Source: Chlorokybus atmophyticus
Lineage: Eukaryota; Plantae; Mesostigma and Chlorokybus algae
Direction of reading: 5' to 3'
Assembly (NCBI GenBank): GCA_009103225.1
Contig: RHPI01001616.1
Coordinates: 622,731-686,730 of the forward strand
Length of the DNA stretch: 64,000 nucleotides
The notes below the pieces were generated by a model. The model searched no databases. It saw nothing but the letters and a program-made list of their open reading frames with translations, and was not told where the DNA came from. Below are positions 1 to 12,856 of the stretch, in pieces. The number at the start of each line of letters is the position of its first letter. The first letter of the stretch is position 1. Made by a program: the position numbers and the translations under genes.

Positions 1-1924
1 GCACACATATTGCATCTTAGACATTATCAATATTTATTAATCGTGCGCATGAATAGAATATAAAATATGTACTGGCCGACGTACTGTGGAAAAAGTACGA
101 CAAAGCACGCGTACTTTGCATACCACGTACTAGTACGCATACTGCGTACTTTGTAACTATGGCTAGTCGTGCTATTAATACATCATAGTAGTGCGTCTGC
201 TTATGGTATCAACACTTAGTGTTTATGGTATAAGCCAAAGCTAGGTTGACCGGTAATGTCTAAACTGTTAAGTTTCAGTAAAGTTTAAGCAGCATGCTAC
301 GATAGATGTAAATCCTCAACAACCACACGCGTGCACCCTGTTGCAAAAAGCATTCCTTATGATGTGTAGATTTATAGCCAATCACTCAATGAGCTGATTG
401 GCACATGAGTGTGGCACAAAACATCTAAACTTGCTGTACCGGGAAGGTGCATTGAGTAATTACAAATCAACCATAAAAGCACCAAGTCCTTTATGGTCAA
501 GTGGGCTGTGACACATGCATATGATTACGCATTACTGTAGCTGTGCAATGGTGCTATTACTCACATAACATTTTACACTTGACAATGTGTTTGCAAGTGA
601 AGATAACATGTATGTGTTAGCACGTGTTGATGCCACTGCAAGGTAATTAGCCTAAGTTATGCGTAATACACAATATGTAATTTTATGATTGCGCACTGAG
701 TCATACTAAGCTTTAGTGTAAATGTACTTTTGAATGTGTAAGTCTTGCACCGTAAACCCATAAATCTCAACACTAATTCTCTTGTGTCGTCCTTTGAACT
801 TTCGCATGGAGCATTCTGCGCTTTTAAGTTTTGAGGCTACTAACATATGTGACGAAGCTGCTAGTGTGTGCATGTACTTTAGCCACACGCATGTATGCGC
901 AGTCCATGTCGCAGTAATGACAACATCACAAGGCAAATGCGCACTCCCCCTCCCTCACCCCCTCACGCCATACACACAACTCTCGGTGCAGAGAGCCGTG
1001 GTTGTGCAAGCCCAAGTGAACAAACAGTTTACATGAGTTATACAGTGTTCTCCGTTGATTCGGTTTCAAACCTTATAATTTCATACACAGTGCATATGCT
1101 ATGCATGTTTCATGCATGTGAGGGCGGATCTGTTTTGATAATGGTCGAGTGGTAGCAAGCGTTAGTAAATCAACAAGCAAACCATTTGCATGTGCTAAAC
1201 TCTGGGGACAGGAAGATTGGCATGGATGTTGGAGTGATGCCGAAGTGAGCATAGCAGCAACAGACCTGGCCGAAGCCCTAGCGCATAATGCTGATTCCAT
1301 TTTGTACGTGGCTTATTCATGCAGATGTCATGCTTGTGTTGCGAGTCACAATCACAGCCATGAGTTCTATCATTTGTGCCCGGCAATTTTACACTCGCAT
1401 AACTGCTCGCGCACTGTGGCGTGGGCAGCCCTGCGAGTGCGAAATAGCACGCGGCACTATCTTGTCATACAGTGCCAAGCGCGTGGGAGGATCGAAGGTG
1501 GGCGGGAAAGATCATGTATGTATACGCGCGCATGTGACGTGCGTGGAGAGCACCGCATCACATGCCTTGTACATATACATGGACAAACATGTGCACTCTC
1601 TAGCGCGCTCTGTGCGCTTTCACACTAATCAGCGCGGGGCAGGATAATTAGATAAAGATCTCTCTGTCGCGCGCAACTGCACGCGCAGGAGATCAAGGCC
1701 AAAGCAGGATGCACCCATCAAGGATTGCAGCTCACGAGTACGCGCGTGGGAAGCCAAGCTGCTGCAGTTTTTGTGCAAGTCATCTGAGAAACAGTTGGCT
1801 GCCATACATGGTAGGTAAACCGTAGCCAGTATCCAGCCACTAACAAAACAGAATCAATATGTACCTAGCGCACCATACAAGACAACTCTACTACAATAAC
1901 AAAGTCTCCAACAACACATATCTG

Positions 1925-3275
1925 CTACTGGGTGTAAATGATGGGAGTGCGATAGCAGCGCAGGTCCAGGCGCAGCTCAAGGTCCGCCAGCGGGGGCGGC
2001 TCGGCAAAGTACTTGTCGTCCGGTTTGTCCACTGCGTCCCAATCGTTGGGACCACGTGTTCGGCGAATGTTGGCACCCGCTTCTTGATGGTTCAACGCGA
2101 ACGAGTGCGGGTCGTTGTCAAAGGCGTAGAAGACCGTGTACAGGTCCTTCTCATACATGAATCGGAAGAACAGGGGTGTCCATACAGGCCACTTCTCTTT
2201 GGTCCATGTGTTGGGCTTGACGGGGGCAAAGAAAGTCATTTTATAGTTTAGCGGCAAGTGTGGCTCGTACGTGGAGTTGCTCAGCTGCTCATCGCTCCAG
2301 TCGAGAAACCCTCGCCAAGTGTGGGGAAACATGACAGCTCCCCAGCTGCAGACCATGCGGTTCTTGTAGAAAGGATGCCTCATGGACGGGAAGCCGAACG
2401 CGTTGAGACAAAGGCCCACATTGTGAGGGTCAAACTCTAGTAGGTAGTATCTATAGGTGGCCAGCCGCATGAACCGGTAAAAGTATGGGCTGCAGAATAA
2501 TGCAACATGTCAGGGTACAGCTCAAAATGCAAAGCAACTAATGACAGCTTCAAGCCGCATATGCAACTCACCTCACTTCCAAATCGTCCTCGAATATGAC
2601 CGGCACGCTGTACTCATCCGGAGGATAAAAGGACTCCAGCCAGCTCAACTTAAGCCCAACGTTCCGCTGACGAAAAACAATTGTCTTCACGCCGTGGGGC
2701 CACTCAAACTCGGCTGCCAGCTTCTTGACTTCGTCATGATCTTTCTTCACTTTCGTGCAGCGATCCACAAGTATGCGGAGATCAACAATGTCACCAAGAT
2801 AATCCGCCTACAAAAGGATCATATCAGTGCATTGCTATCATTGCATGTGTGAACATAATCATGAACCACATGTATGCGAGCATGCACACATGAGACGCAC
2901 CTTGGATAGGGAAGTCAACAGCCGTTGCAAGCTTGCAGGCCTGTTGCAAGTGATGACAAGCAGTGTGAATACGAGCTTCTGTGGCCTTGCATCCACAATG
3001 GCAGTTGCATTTATTGTCGAGGGAGCAGGGCCGTCATAGTCAAGTTTTAACCACTTGTTCGTCTCATCTTGATACAAAACACTGCCTGGGAGAAGGACAG
3101 GCTGAGCGGGCGCTACCAGACGGTCTCCATGATTGTTCGCAGTCAAACGATAATTGATGGAGAGGCCGCCGACAACAAGCAGTATCAACACCAGAAGGTT
3201 GAACTGCGATCGGGAGCAGTTGCCTTCGATGATTGAACCATTGGATGCAGTGGGTGTGGTGCGCGAGTAAGCCAT
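1925..3275 (-). CDS. GT-A fold (GT2-like) type II membrane glycosyltransferase, At5g12260/At5g60700-like; 3 exons (3275-2901, 2807-2572, 2489-1925)
   Basis: Exons join with GT..AG sites into one frame. N-terminal TM (NLLVLILLVVGGLSI), then LLVITCNRPASLQRLLTSL, LKLSWLESFYP, VIFEDDLEVSP (DxD), VCSWGAVMFP and ALNHQEAGANIRRTRGP, matching the plant GT2-like family pattern as recalled. Confidence 0.8.
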
Positions 3276-5813
3276 AGAGTCTGCATGCAGTGAGAGCACG
3301 TGAGGCATGCAAGTCAGACCCTCTGCTTGCACTTGGCTGTGACAACCACATATGCAACCCACACTCAACTTAAACCTACGCATTGATTTACAAACCAAGG
3401 ATTGTACTTCTGTAATGACTATGAGCAGACGCTATGGCTGTGCTTGCTGAGTGCTGGTCAGGCAAATTGCAACGACAAACAACTGCCGCAGTGTGGAGCG
3501 CTGGGTGCTAACAAGACCGGCTGACCGAGCTTCATGCTAAGAAGCTGTATGCAACATCAGTATATCATGCCAGATTGAGACACCTGGACACACAGCAATC
3601 AACCAGACGTGCGAGTACTATCATGTAAGATTGTGAATTGCTAGCATTGCAATGTCAGTGACGACATATGACTGCAGCAGCCTACAACAACCGGACAGCA
3701 GCTATGTCGAGTGTCGCTTAGACTTGAGTTCAAGGAAGTTCAAGGCGTGAGTAAGCATATCGCTGGCACAGAAGTGTCGCAAGCCAGCTGTCAGATATAC
3801 GCCCGCACTGTTTGCAACTCGGCTCGGCAAGCGTCTACGAAGTGCAAGTTGACAGAAGCCTAGGATGCAAGCCTCCAGACGCCAACCTTTACACTTACAC
3901 AAGAAGGGCTGCTGCACGCCAACGTCAACTATCAGCTCATCCCGCCGCTACTGCGCCACCCAGGAAGAAGGCGACTGTAAGCAGGTCGAAGCAAGGCAAG
4001 CGCAGCTACAGCAATGAAGCGTCCGCCACGGACGTCAACCAGCGCCCACGCCGCCCACGCCGCCGCCGCCTAGTGCTGCTGCGCTGTCCAACCTGTCCTG
4101 CATGCGCGTGCACACAGGCGTGAAAGTTACACACACATTCCTTTTGGAAAGAAATGTAAGCACAGCTTTGCCTGAAAGTGTCACATCAATCATCCGGCTG
4201 ATGTGATCCTCTCCACTGATCCCGACTCCAGTCCAACCGATCAGAATGAACTTAGGTTCAGTGAGCGACATGAGTCGCACTGTGCGTCGCGATGCCCGCC
4301 TGCGGATTTGTGCTAGCGTTCCGCAGCGTGCGTCTCGTTGATTGTGCTATTGGCACCATGGGGTGACCCATATTTTGACCATTGGGGTCCCATCATGGGA
4401 CTCCCATGTTGACCAATCAAAGGTGTATAATGTTACCCGTATGCGGTCTTTCGCCTGCTGCCACATGATGTGTAATGTAGTTGCATAGTGTGTTTGTGCT
4501 ATGCTAAGCCGAGAGACGCGCCGTAAGATAATTAAACTCTTATTCTTTTTGTGTTGCAATTGCAGCGGTGCTCTTATTTGGTGCGTTTCATACTTTAGCA
4601 TCAACTGCTTCCAATTCCCAATGCAACCTGTTAAGTAAGAGTGTCCTACTGCTCTCATAATAATCTTATGAGAGCTATAGTGGGACACTTGAGTGACAGG
4701 TTTTGTAGAATGCAACCCATCGAGAGACGGTGGAGGGTCATTGATGTGAAAAAAAACTCGCGTCACATCACCTTTCACTTTACCTGTTACTCGTATACCA
4801 CATGTGGGAGAAGGTTTGGGCCACGGCTGCGGCCCCTTATATAGCGTCACAAAGTGTCATTGAATGTGGATAATTGATTGCCGATACCATTCGATGCCGA
4901 CTCTATATAAATAGTTTTAATGGCATGTTTCGTTAACAATTTCCGAATATTCATCAGCAATTCCATAAGTTAAGTGATCGCGAAGCAGCGCGCCGTGAGC
5001 TGTACAAGAGAGGAGGCTCAATACCGCCTTTAAAACCACATGTCATGAGCGTAGCACCGCTATCGACTTCGACGCACGCTAGGCAATTGCTACCGATGGT
5101 GCATGCCATGACAAGGACGTCGAGTTTTGTGTCTGCATTTACGGACGTAGAAAGTTACAATGCATGCAACAAGTACGACGCGTGGAACTTGTTAAGCGGG
5201 GAGGCACGTCTTGTGCGGCTACACGACCACCGTGATCTTGTCCATTAATGTGACATTAATGGACATTGAGTGGATCTCTGCTGGAGCCGGCAACACGCTA
5301 CAAATAACCTTAACACTCAGCTGGCTACTATTTATACTACTTATATTTTACAATTACCAAAAATTGGACTTCTCTAAGCCACCAAGTTGCAATCCGCACA
5401 TTATTCTACATCCGTGCCATATAGCGCCAGAAGCATATGAAGGCCAACATGAGAAAATAAGTGTTAATGGTTGCAACTATCAAGTCATAGTGCAGCACCT
5501 GCACAATTTCTGAAATCATTTTAAACCTACACAATATCACGATTCAATCGGCAATCATAAAATAACACATGATGTATCGGGCATATCATGGCGATTGACC
5601 ATCCAATGACATCAATACATGCTGACAAATACATGGCACATTCCCGTGCGCACACATGTTTGAAATGTTTTTTATATAACAACACTATAACACATTGCGC
5701 GGTCGTAGGCCGCATAGCTGTTGGTTTTTTTGAAGCTTTCCTTATTATGTAAATGTGACAATCAGCTCAACGAGTTGTTTCTTATAAACGGACACATTGT
5801 AAGGAATGCCCCC

Positions 5814-5993
5814 NNNNNNNNNNNNNNNNNNNNNNNNNNNNNNNNNNNNNNNNNNNNNNNNNNNNNNNNNNNNNNNNNNNNNNNNNNNNNNNNNNNNNNN
5901 NNNNNNNNNNNNNNNNNNNNNNNNNNNNNNNNNNNNNNNNNNNNNNNNNNNNNNNNNNNNNNNNNNNNNNNNNNNNNNNNNNNNNNNNNNNNN
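5814..5993. other. Assembly gap (180 N) flanked by poly-C
   Basis: Run of N seen directly. Confidence 0.98.
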
Positions 5994-6853
5994 CCCCCCC
6001 CCCCCCCCCCCCCCGAAAGCGGGTTTTAAACAACTAATTCATTGCAACATGTTACCCAAGTTGCACAAAAACAAAATTGTTACAGTACATGTACCGACCG
6101 GTCAAGTGTTAGACAATCGGTAACAAGCATTGCGATTGGCAATATAAAATGCTGGATTCAATGTGCACATTGTGTATATTGATATAATCGCTATGGTTTT
6201 ACTTGTTTTACGATATGTATCGCAGAGTTTTGCGCCTTTAATGAACTCGGTCTAGGATTCATCAAGTACATTTTGCCTTCAAGGCAAATGTTACACGGTG
6301 ACTGACTAAGGACTGAGGGACTGACTGGTGCCTGAGCCTGCCTGAGCTTGCCTGTCGCTGCTCAAAATGTTACATTTGGACTGTTGGGTTTGCCGTTGGC
6401 TTGAGTGGACTGACGCAGACGGCCGCGGGCCAAAAGTGGTTGTCAGTGGCACTAACCGGCCGAGAGTTGTCAACCAGTTACCCTTTGGTCGAAGTGCACC
6501 GACGGCCGTTAGCCGGTAGTTACGAACAGCTGACAGCAATAGCCGGCAGTTTCTTTGCCATTACACTGCTGTTAATATGTGACCCTAGTCGTTTGACAAA
6601 AGTTGGCAACTCTTGCCGTAAGCCAACACTAACATGCCATTATGGCATGATGCAGCTTGTACAAACCTTGGACTGATTGTTTGGTCTTGCACCTAAAAGC
6701 CCACAATATATACAATGTACCGGCAGTGGTGTGAGTATGTCCACTTGCAACTGAGCAGCCGACTTGCACATGAAACTACCCTATAACATTGAGTCTAGCT
6801 GTCGCACTCATGCGCAGCTTGTCAACCCGTGGTGCCTGCCTTATAACTCCTCC

Positions 6854-7300
6854 TCAAACCCCCTCCTCCTGTTCCTCCTCCAACAAGTCTTCTGCTTCAA
6901 CATCGGAGTCATCTTCATCCGCTGCCTCGCTCGCTGACAGTACAGCGGCTACTTCGTCCTTCAGCTTGAATGTCAGCGCCTCGCCGTGCACGCGCATGCG
7001 CTTGATGGTCGCTTTGAGAGTGACCACCTGCATTTGGTAATGCTGTAAGAGTGGCGTGCTGCCAGGACTAGCCCATCAGCATACACATGCTTACCTCGTC
7101 TTTCGCTTTGTTGCACTCTGCCAGGCAGACAGTCAGCCAGCCGCGCTGCTCTCGGTTCACTCTGACCAACATGGCAATCTGCAAGCATACTGCTTAATTA
7201 CCGCTGGAAACATTAAACTAGGTCATGGATTACCCGTTCGTGGTACTCCGCAGCTTCTCTTTTGCGGTTTGTGAGCTCCCGCAAGTAGAAATAGGTTGTG
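6854..7300 (-). CDS. 3' exons of an unknown coiled-coil protein with acidic tail
   Basis: Exons ..-7234, 7178-7095 and 7027-6854 splice in phase 0 (GTAATC/GTAAGC donors, CAG acceptors) to LRELTNRKREAAEYHER-IAMLVRVNREQRGWLTVCLAECNKAKDE-VVTLKATIKRMRVHGEALTFKLKDEVAAVLSASEAADEDDSDVEAEDLLEEEQEEGV*. 5' end unresolved. Confidence 0.5.
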
Positions 7301-8154
7301 CATTTGCGAGATTGGTCATGCTGATCATGTGCATGACACTGGAGGTTGTGCATGAGGGTGTGCATGTGGTATTGACAGTGTATGTCAAGTGCAAGATACT
7401 AGAGGCTGTGCATGTGCAAGATAAAAGAACCCTAGCATGTGGCACTGACAGTGCATCGTAACCCACCTTGGTTATGCCAGTCTTGTTTGGTCCCTTCAAT
7501 CATGTCGCCGTGGTCGCAGCTGCTGGTGGGTCGGATGTTCTTAGAGGCAGTATTGTGGTGTGCCTTTGCCCACTCGGAGGGGGAGCCCTGTAAGATGTCA
7601 CCCGAGTCACTGTTGTCATTGGCTGTGCCCTTGGTAGGCATGGTGGGGTTTGACACCAAGGACACCCCTCCGACACCCTGCCCGCCCTGTGCAAACATGG
7701 AATTCATCCCGGACCTCGACCACAATGCCCACTACGCCCCTGGCAGCGCCGCCAACGATCCACCAAACGCCACATACCCTCGGCATCACGCCCCTGTAAG
7801 GGCATAGCTTGGCGGAGCTATCAATGGTGTTTTCATGCGCAGGCACAGCACTTGTCAACAGTACGAACTGCCATTGCCACTGTACAAAGATACCATTTTA
7901 ATAATATCTTTTGGCAAAGGCATCTTCGTACCATTGAAACGGTTCAGTCAGGATACATATGCAGAGACTCACCCTGAACGTGCAATGGCTCGATCGTACT
8001 ATAATAATGGTACGACGGAGCCAGTGAATGGCGGCCAAGTTTCCCGCCTCTGGCATGCAAGGGTAGCGGCGGCGGCGGCGGCGGCGGGTGTGCGTGTTGC
8101 TGGATAAGATGCAGATTACATTGGCGACACCTGTGTCGACGTTGGTAGTAAGAT

Positions 8155-11100
8155 ATGGGAGTCCTTTGTCCGTATTGCCACATGCGCTTCGCCACACGCA
8201 GCGCGGTCAACATGCACATTATTAGCAGCAGGGTGTGCAAGCAAATCAAGCTGTATGTCGCCCAGCGTCCATTACAGTACGATGCGGGTCATGTTGAACC
8301 GGGGAGTTCGATCCAGGATGCGCACATGCTTGATGTTGAAGGATTCCTCTAGGAGAAGCACGCACAGCAGCAATAGGAGGAAGAGGAAGTGAACGAGGGC
8401 TTTCAATGTGTGCGTGTACCTGAGAAACCTGTGGCACGCCAACATGGAAATGGAGGCGTCCCTTCGCACGCGTCGGAATCCAAGTGGTATGGCTTGGAGC
8501 ATGCTCTTGCAGTGGCATTCGTGCAGTGCAACAACGGCCAAGGCCTGTCGGCCTCCGACATTGGGCGGATCATCAAGTGCATCCGAAATGCACACTTCCT
8601 GACGGAAGAGCTCCAGTAGGAGATCGGTGTGCATGTGGCCAGCTACCTCCGGACCACAATTGCTTTCTCTCAGTCTGAGGTGTGTTCACGGTGTGCGGTG
8701 CATGTGCTTCAACCATCAGAGCCATGTCACATATGCACATGCGAGTGTGCTGCCGTATCAGAATTACGTGACGGCTGACTTGCACAAGCCTAGAGACCCT
8801 GAGGATCAGGACATCAGCGTCACATATATGCCGGCCAAGGTCTGTGAAATGCAGTATCTAATGCAGTATCGATGCAGTATTTATCTATCTATTCTAAGGC
8901 CATCATGCCTGTTAATGCTCTTGGTCGGAGCAGGTATGGCTCGCATGGTTGTATGGCAATCCACATGCCGCCAATGGCTTCAGTCTCCAGTACAGTGGTG
9001 ACGAGCACAGCTTTGGCCATCCTTCCACGGGCGATTGGTGGAAAAATGTGGAGGTGGATTTGAGGAGAGAGGTGGGGGAAGCGTCCTACTTGGCGCCTGC
9101 CATTCTGTACAGTGACAAGACCACGCTGGGCAGCGCGGACAAGCGCTCTGGCTACCCTCTGATGGCATTGCTTGCCAACTACAGTTGGGACATGTATGCT
9201 AGCCACATGGGGGTTGTTATGATAGCGCTTCTGCCGGTGGTTCACGCAGTGGCCGGGCATCCCACCTGGGCGCAGGGCAAGAAATGGTTCTCCATTCGGA
9301 AATGTGAGATTTTTCATGACGCTTTGAATGTAGTGTTAGGGGATGTGAAGCGGGCGAGTTGGGAAGGTCTGCAGCTTATTGACCCAAATGGCATCGAGCG
9401 TCGTGTGTTTCCCGCGCTTGCCAACTACATCAGCGACTTGCAGGTAGTGGGCATGCATCGTTGTAACCGGATGCAGCCTGCCAGCAAACAGTGCATGGAG
9501 GATGTTGTCAATAGAGCATCTGAGTCTGTCGAGTTGTAGGAGACTGCCACACTCGCACGCACTGTGTCGGGCAACCAAATAGAACATCCTTGCGATGTTT
9601 GTCTCGTCACCAAATCGAATCTGTTGGAGATGGATAAGGACCGAGAATTGAGAACCGAGGCCTTCTACACATTAGCAATACATTAGCTGCGGGCGGACCT
9701 GCATAGCGGTGTTAGGAATGCACGCCAGACAGCCAAGGCTTTCAAAGAGCAGCACTTCATGCATGTCGAGGAGGTAATGGTCAAATTATCGGCATTTGTG
9801 AGGATGAATGGCTTTCCGTGAAACCAGGCAATGTGGTTTGGCAACAGAATGCATTGTGGGGTTGGCGACAGCCGCAGGTGCCGGGAGCTGACTGCTACTC
9901 TCGTCTTGCCCCTGACGCAATGCATGTGCTGGGAGGCATCATTGACCACCTGCTTGCTGCTGTGTACGACGCTATGAAGGAGCGAATGCGTCCATCCACG
10001 AGACAGATTCTGCAGGCTAGGCACGTTTTCGGTGTTGCTTTTGTGTTGAACACAAAAGCCAATGACACGCGCTCACAAGCAGATGTGCACAGGCTGAATG
10101 CATGCAATGCGACCCTACGGGTTTCACACTTCAAGGCACTCGCAAGCACAGTAGATTTCTTCCTGTCCGACCACTCCTTTCAGGTGGTGGCAAAAGTGGC
10201 GGTGCTGCAGCTGCTGCCGGTCCTTACAGACGGTTTGCTGCTAGACAGTGAGGGCAACGATTTCTCCACCATTGCTGCCGCATCGCTTGCCCAGTGGAAC
10301 AAGAAGTTGCTCAAGGCGCATGAACACACAAGAGAGACCCTGACCAAAGCCGACAACGAGCTGGCTGCCTTCAAAGCTGCAGTGTTGCATCCGCTACTGT
10401 CGTCATATTCTGCACAGGAGTCAGGTTGGAAGATCGAGAAGATGCATGCAGCTCACTCATTTTGGGCCGGCAATTGTCAGCTGTGAACATCCAGATTGGT
10501 TCAGCGCCAACCGCATGGAGCAGGCGCACGCCCAAAATATCAAACGGTGGGCGCGTAGTGGCAACAACCGAGACTACCAGGCATGTATCTTGAAGGCATG
10601 GAGCTGTGCGGAATATGTGATAGAGGAGGTGGCATGGTCGTGGATCCCGAGATGCGCTCGGTCATGGCGCAGGCGCGGCAGCAGTGCTGTAATGTAATGG
10701 AGAAGACAGACAAGTTGCTACGGATGGATGTGCTGACAAGGAGGGAGTCCAGCCCGTACTGGAGCGGATCTGCGCGTAGCCGCCAAGTCGCCCTGAAGAC
10801 ATTTGCCGACAAGCTGCCTGCCACCCTGGAGAGCTGGTTGAGGAGGGAACAACTGAAGCTGGCCGACGAGTGGCGTGCTGTTCGCGTGGTGAACGGAGGC
10901 GCAGCGGTGTACATGACATCAGGAGTCAGCATGGCGCGCGCAGCTGGGATGTTCCATGGGCAGCCTTGGTTCTCTACACTTGAGTTGGAAGGTGATGAGG
11001 ACGCTGTGAACGTGACATGGTGGGCTCAGGCACTCATTTTTCTGCGCGTGGTGGTGTGGGATGGTAGCGGCGAGCGCGTGTGGAAGGAGGTCGTGTTTGT

Positions 11101-11305
11101 CCGTTGGTACACAAAGCTGGATGTGACGAGCGACACAAAGTGCATCGCTCTAGAATGGGAAAAGCGTCGAGGGGGTCCACATCTCGATGTCGTGACTCTG
11201 GAGCAAGTAAAAGGCATTGTCCAGCTGCTCCCCATGTTTGACAAGGACAGCGCCCGTGTACAAGAGGGCAAGTATTGGGTGAACGTTCACTGCACTTCCA
11301 CGTGA
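8155..11305 (+). pseudogene. Plavaka-family (CACTA-like) transposase: N-terminal C2HC zinc finger, Plavaka catalytic region, C-terminal BAH-like region; spliced, with premature stops and one frameshift
   Basis: Motifs in order: CPYC-x12-H-x6-C; HPSTGDWW; PAILYSDKT; GYPLMALLAN; ALLP; FHDALNVVL; DPNGIERRVFPALANYISDLQ|E; CDVCLVTKSNL; LAPDAMHVLGGIIDHL; WKIEKMH(+1)QLTHF..FSANRMEQAH..IKRWARSGNNR; RAAGMFHGQPWF..WAQALIF..VFVRWY..QLLPMF..YWVN. TAG stops at ~8350, ~8374, ~8617, ~9683. Confidence 0.85.
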
Positions 11306-11508
11306 CACATGTACTTGTCTCACTACTCTGAGTTTGGAGCATATCAGTCAGTTAGGCATTGCTAATCGTATGCCAAGACTTTTGCATGTGGACGTGTACA
11401 ATACCGGGCAGCTGTCACTGCACAACTGTCACCACAATCGAATGTACCATGCAACATTTAACAATCAGTCCGCCGTGTGGCATTAAGCATCAATACAGTG
11501 CACCACAC

Positions 11509-12462
11509 TCAAGCCTCATAATTCCATGACACAGGAGGGTAGTCACAGCGCATATCCATTGTTTCAAGCATGAGACGCCCTATGCACTCCGCCATTGCGG
11601 CAGGAACTGCATTCGCTATGGTAACGGCCGAGGTCATTGATGGCACTCCCAGCGCTGTATGCCATGCAGCAAAGCCGCCCCTGGTGCTTGGAAGGCCATA
11701 GATCGTGTACATTTGCTGTGGCGTGTTTGATGTCACAATTGTCTTCTTCGCGCTAGCGGACAGGTGCGGCAATAGCAGTCCAACTGCCTTGCCCGCGTGC
11801 GAGCAGCGTGCTGGTGGGGTAGCTACCACTGGCTGTGTCTCAAACGGACGGTGTCGGAAAGTTGATAGGCCAAACATCGTGCCACAAAGGGACATATTGG
11901 GTCTGAATGAGGAAGCTGCTCCTGGCACATTCTCAATCACAAACTTGACCAGGCTTGCAAGCAGCAGACGTCGGACGAGCGGTACCATATCCTGGTGTCT
12001 CCAGGATGTGCCATGTGCCGCCCGTTGAGGTGCCGGGATAGCACCTGAATAGGCCTGGCATGGTGGGCTGGCCCAGATGAGCTCGTACTCGCTCAGCTCT
12101 CCTGCACTCAGGGTGCATACATCGCGGTGTATGAAGGGCAGCGGGTACTCAAAGGAGGGACTTATGTCCATCCCGGTCACGTCAAAGCCTGCGTGGTATA
12201 GACCGACACTGGCACCGCCACCGCCGCAGAATAGATCGAGTGCCCTTGGTCTGCGTGTGCGTCCAAGCTTGTTGTCAAACGGCGTGTATGTGGTCAAGGC
12301 TGGCCGTAGTGCTGGCCAGGGAATAACAATGATGCCGTCCGGGCTTACTTTGCTATTGACGTTCTCCCCTCCGGCGCGCAGAACGAGGTGCCCCGTCAAT
12401 TGATGTGTACGCGAATACGTTGTGCCCTTTGAAGTTGATGGTTTGTGGTCGATCACCGTCAT
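11509..12462 (-). CDS. C5 DNA cytosine methyltransferase, short phage/actinobacterial type
   Basis: Uninterrupted 317-codon ORF with motif I LDLFCGGGGASVGL, GFDVTGMDI, motif IV WASPPCQAYS (catalytic Cys), motif VI FVIENVPGA, LCGTMFGL..RHRPFET (motif VIII) and motif X IANAVPAAMAECIG. Confidence 0.9.
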   Translation of the reverse strand: MTVIDHKPSTSKGTTYSRTHQLTGHLVLRAGGENVNSKVSPDGIIVIPWPALRPALTTYTPFDNKLGRTRRPRALDLFCGGGGASVGLYHAGFDVTGMDISPSFEYPLPFIHRDVCTLSAGELSEYELIWASPPCQAYSGAIPAPQRAAHGTSWRHQDMVPLVRRLLLASLVKFVIENVPGAASSFRPNMSLCGTMFGLSTFRHRPFETQPVVATPPARCSHAGKAVGLLLPHLSASAKKTIVTSNTPQQMYTIYGLPSTRGGFAAWHTALGVPSMTSAVTIANAVPAAMAECIGRLMLETMDMRCDYPPVSWNYEA

Positions 12463-12643
12463 CGAATACTATAGGGTGCTGCCCTGCAAAGACATATTCC
12501 ATTGCACCATGCATATATGATGCGTCCTCAATCTCGCACGCCACGAAGCGATGCAGACTTGACGCTTGCTTGAATGATTCCACAACGCCCGCATACCAAT
12601 CCCAATTCAGCGGCCAATGCACCATAACACTCACACCGATCAG
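12353..12643 (-). pseudogene. Tudor/Agenet-like domain immediately upstream of, and overlapping, the DNMT ORF in a different frame
   Basis: E*LIGVSVMVHWPLNWDWYAGVVESFKQASSLHRFV resembles the plant Tudor-like pattern L(V/I)GxxIxVxWPxDxxWYxGxVxxF (MSH6/PDS5-type). Flanked by TAG codons at 12644-12646 and 12353-12355. Confidence 0.6.
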
Positions 12644-12856
12644 CTACTCGCATCCCAACTTAACTGCGTTCCGCGGCCGATGCAGTGCGCTGTCCAAAGG
12701 TCGATGGTCTGCCTCCTCTACAGCGGCCAAGGGATGGAACGGCCCACGCCCACACCGTGGAAGACTGCTTTGAATGCGACAATAGCTTCAACATGCATGA
12801 AACAAGCATACGCCCAACATAACATGCAGTGATACGTCGCGGTCCACTCAGCCGAA

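Noticed and set aside
1120-1812. Possible plus-strand exons (..AKLWGQEDWHGCWSDAEV.. and 1689-1810)
   Set aside because: Splice sites are plausible but there is no recognisable product or complete model.
3700-5520. Several ORFs (3812-4123, 4035-4280, 4347-4850, 5211-5513)
   Set aside because: No recognisable motifs or consistent exon chain; cannot say whether they are host genes or part of the adjacent element.
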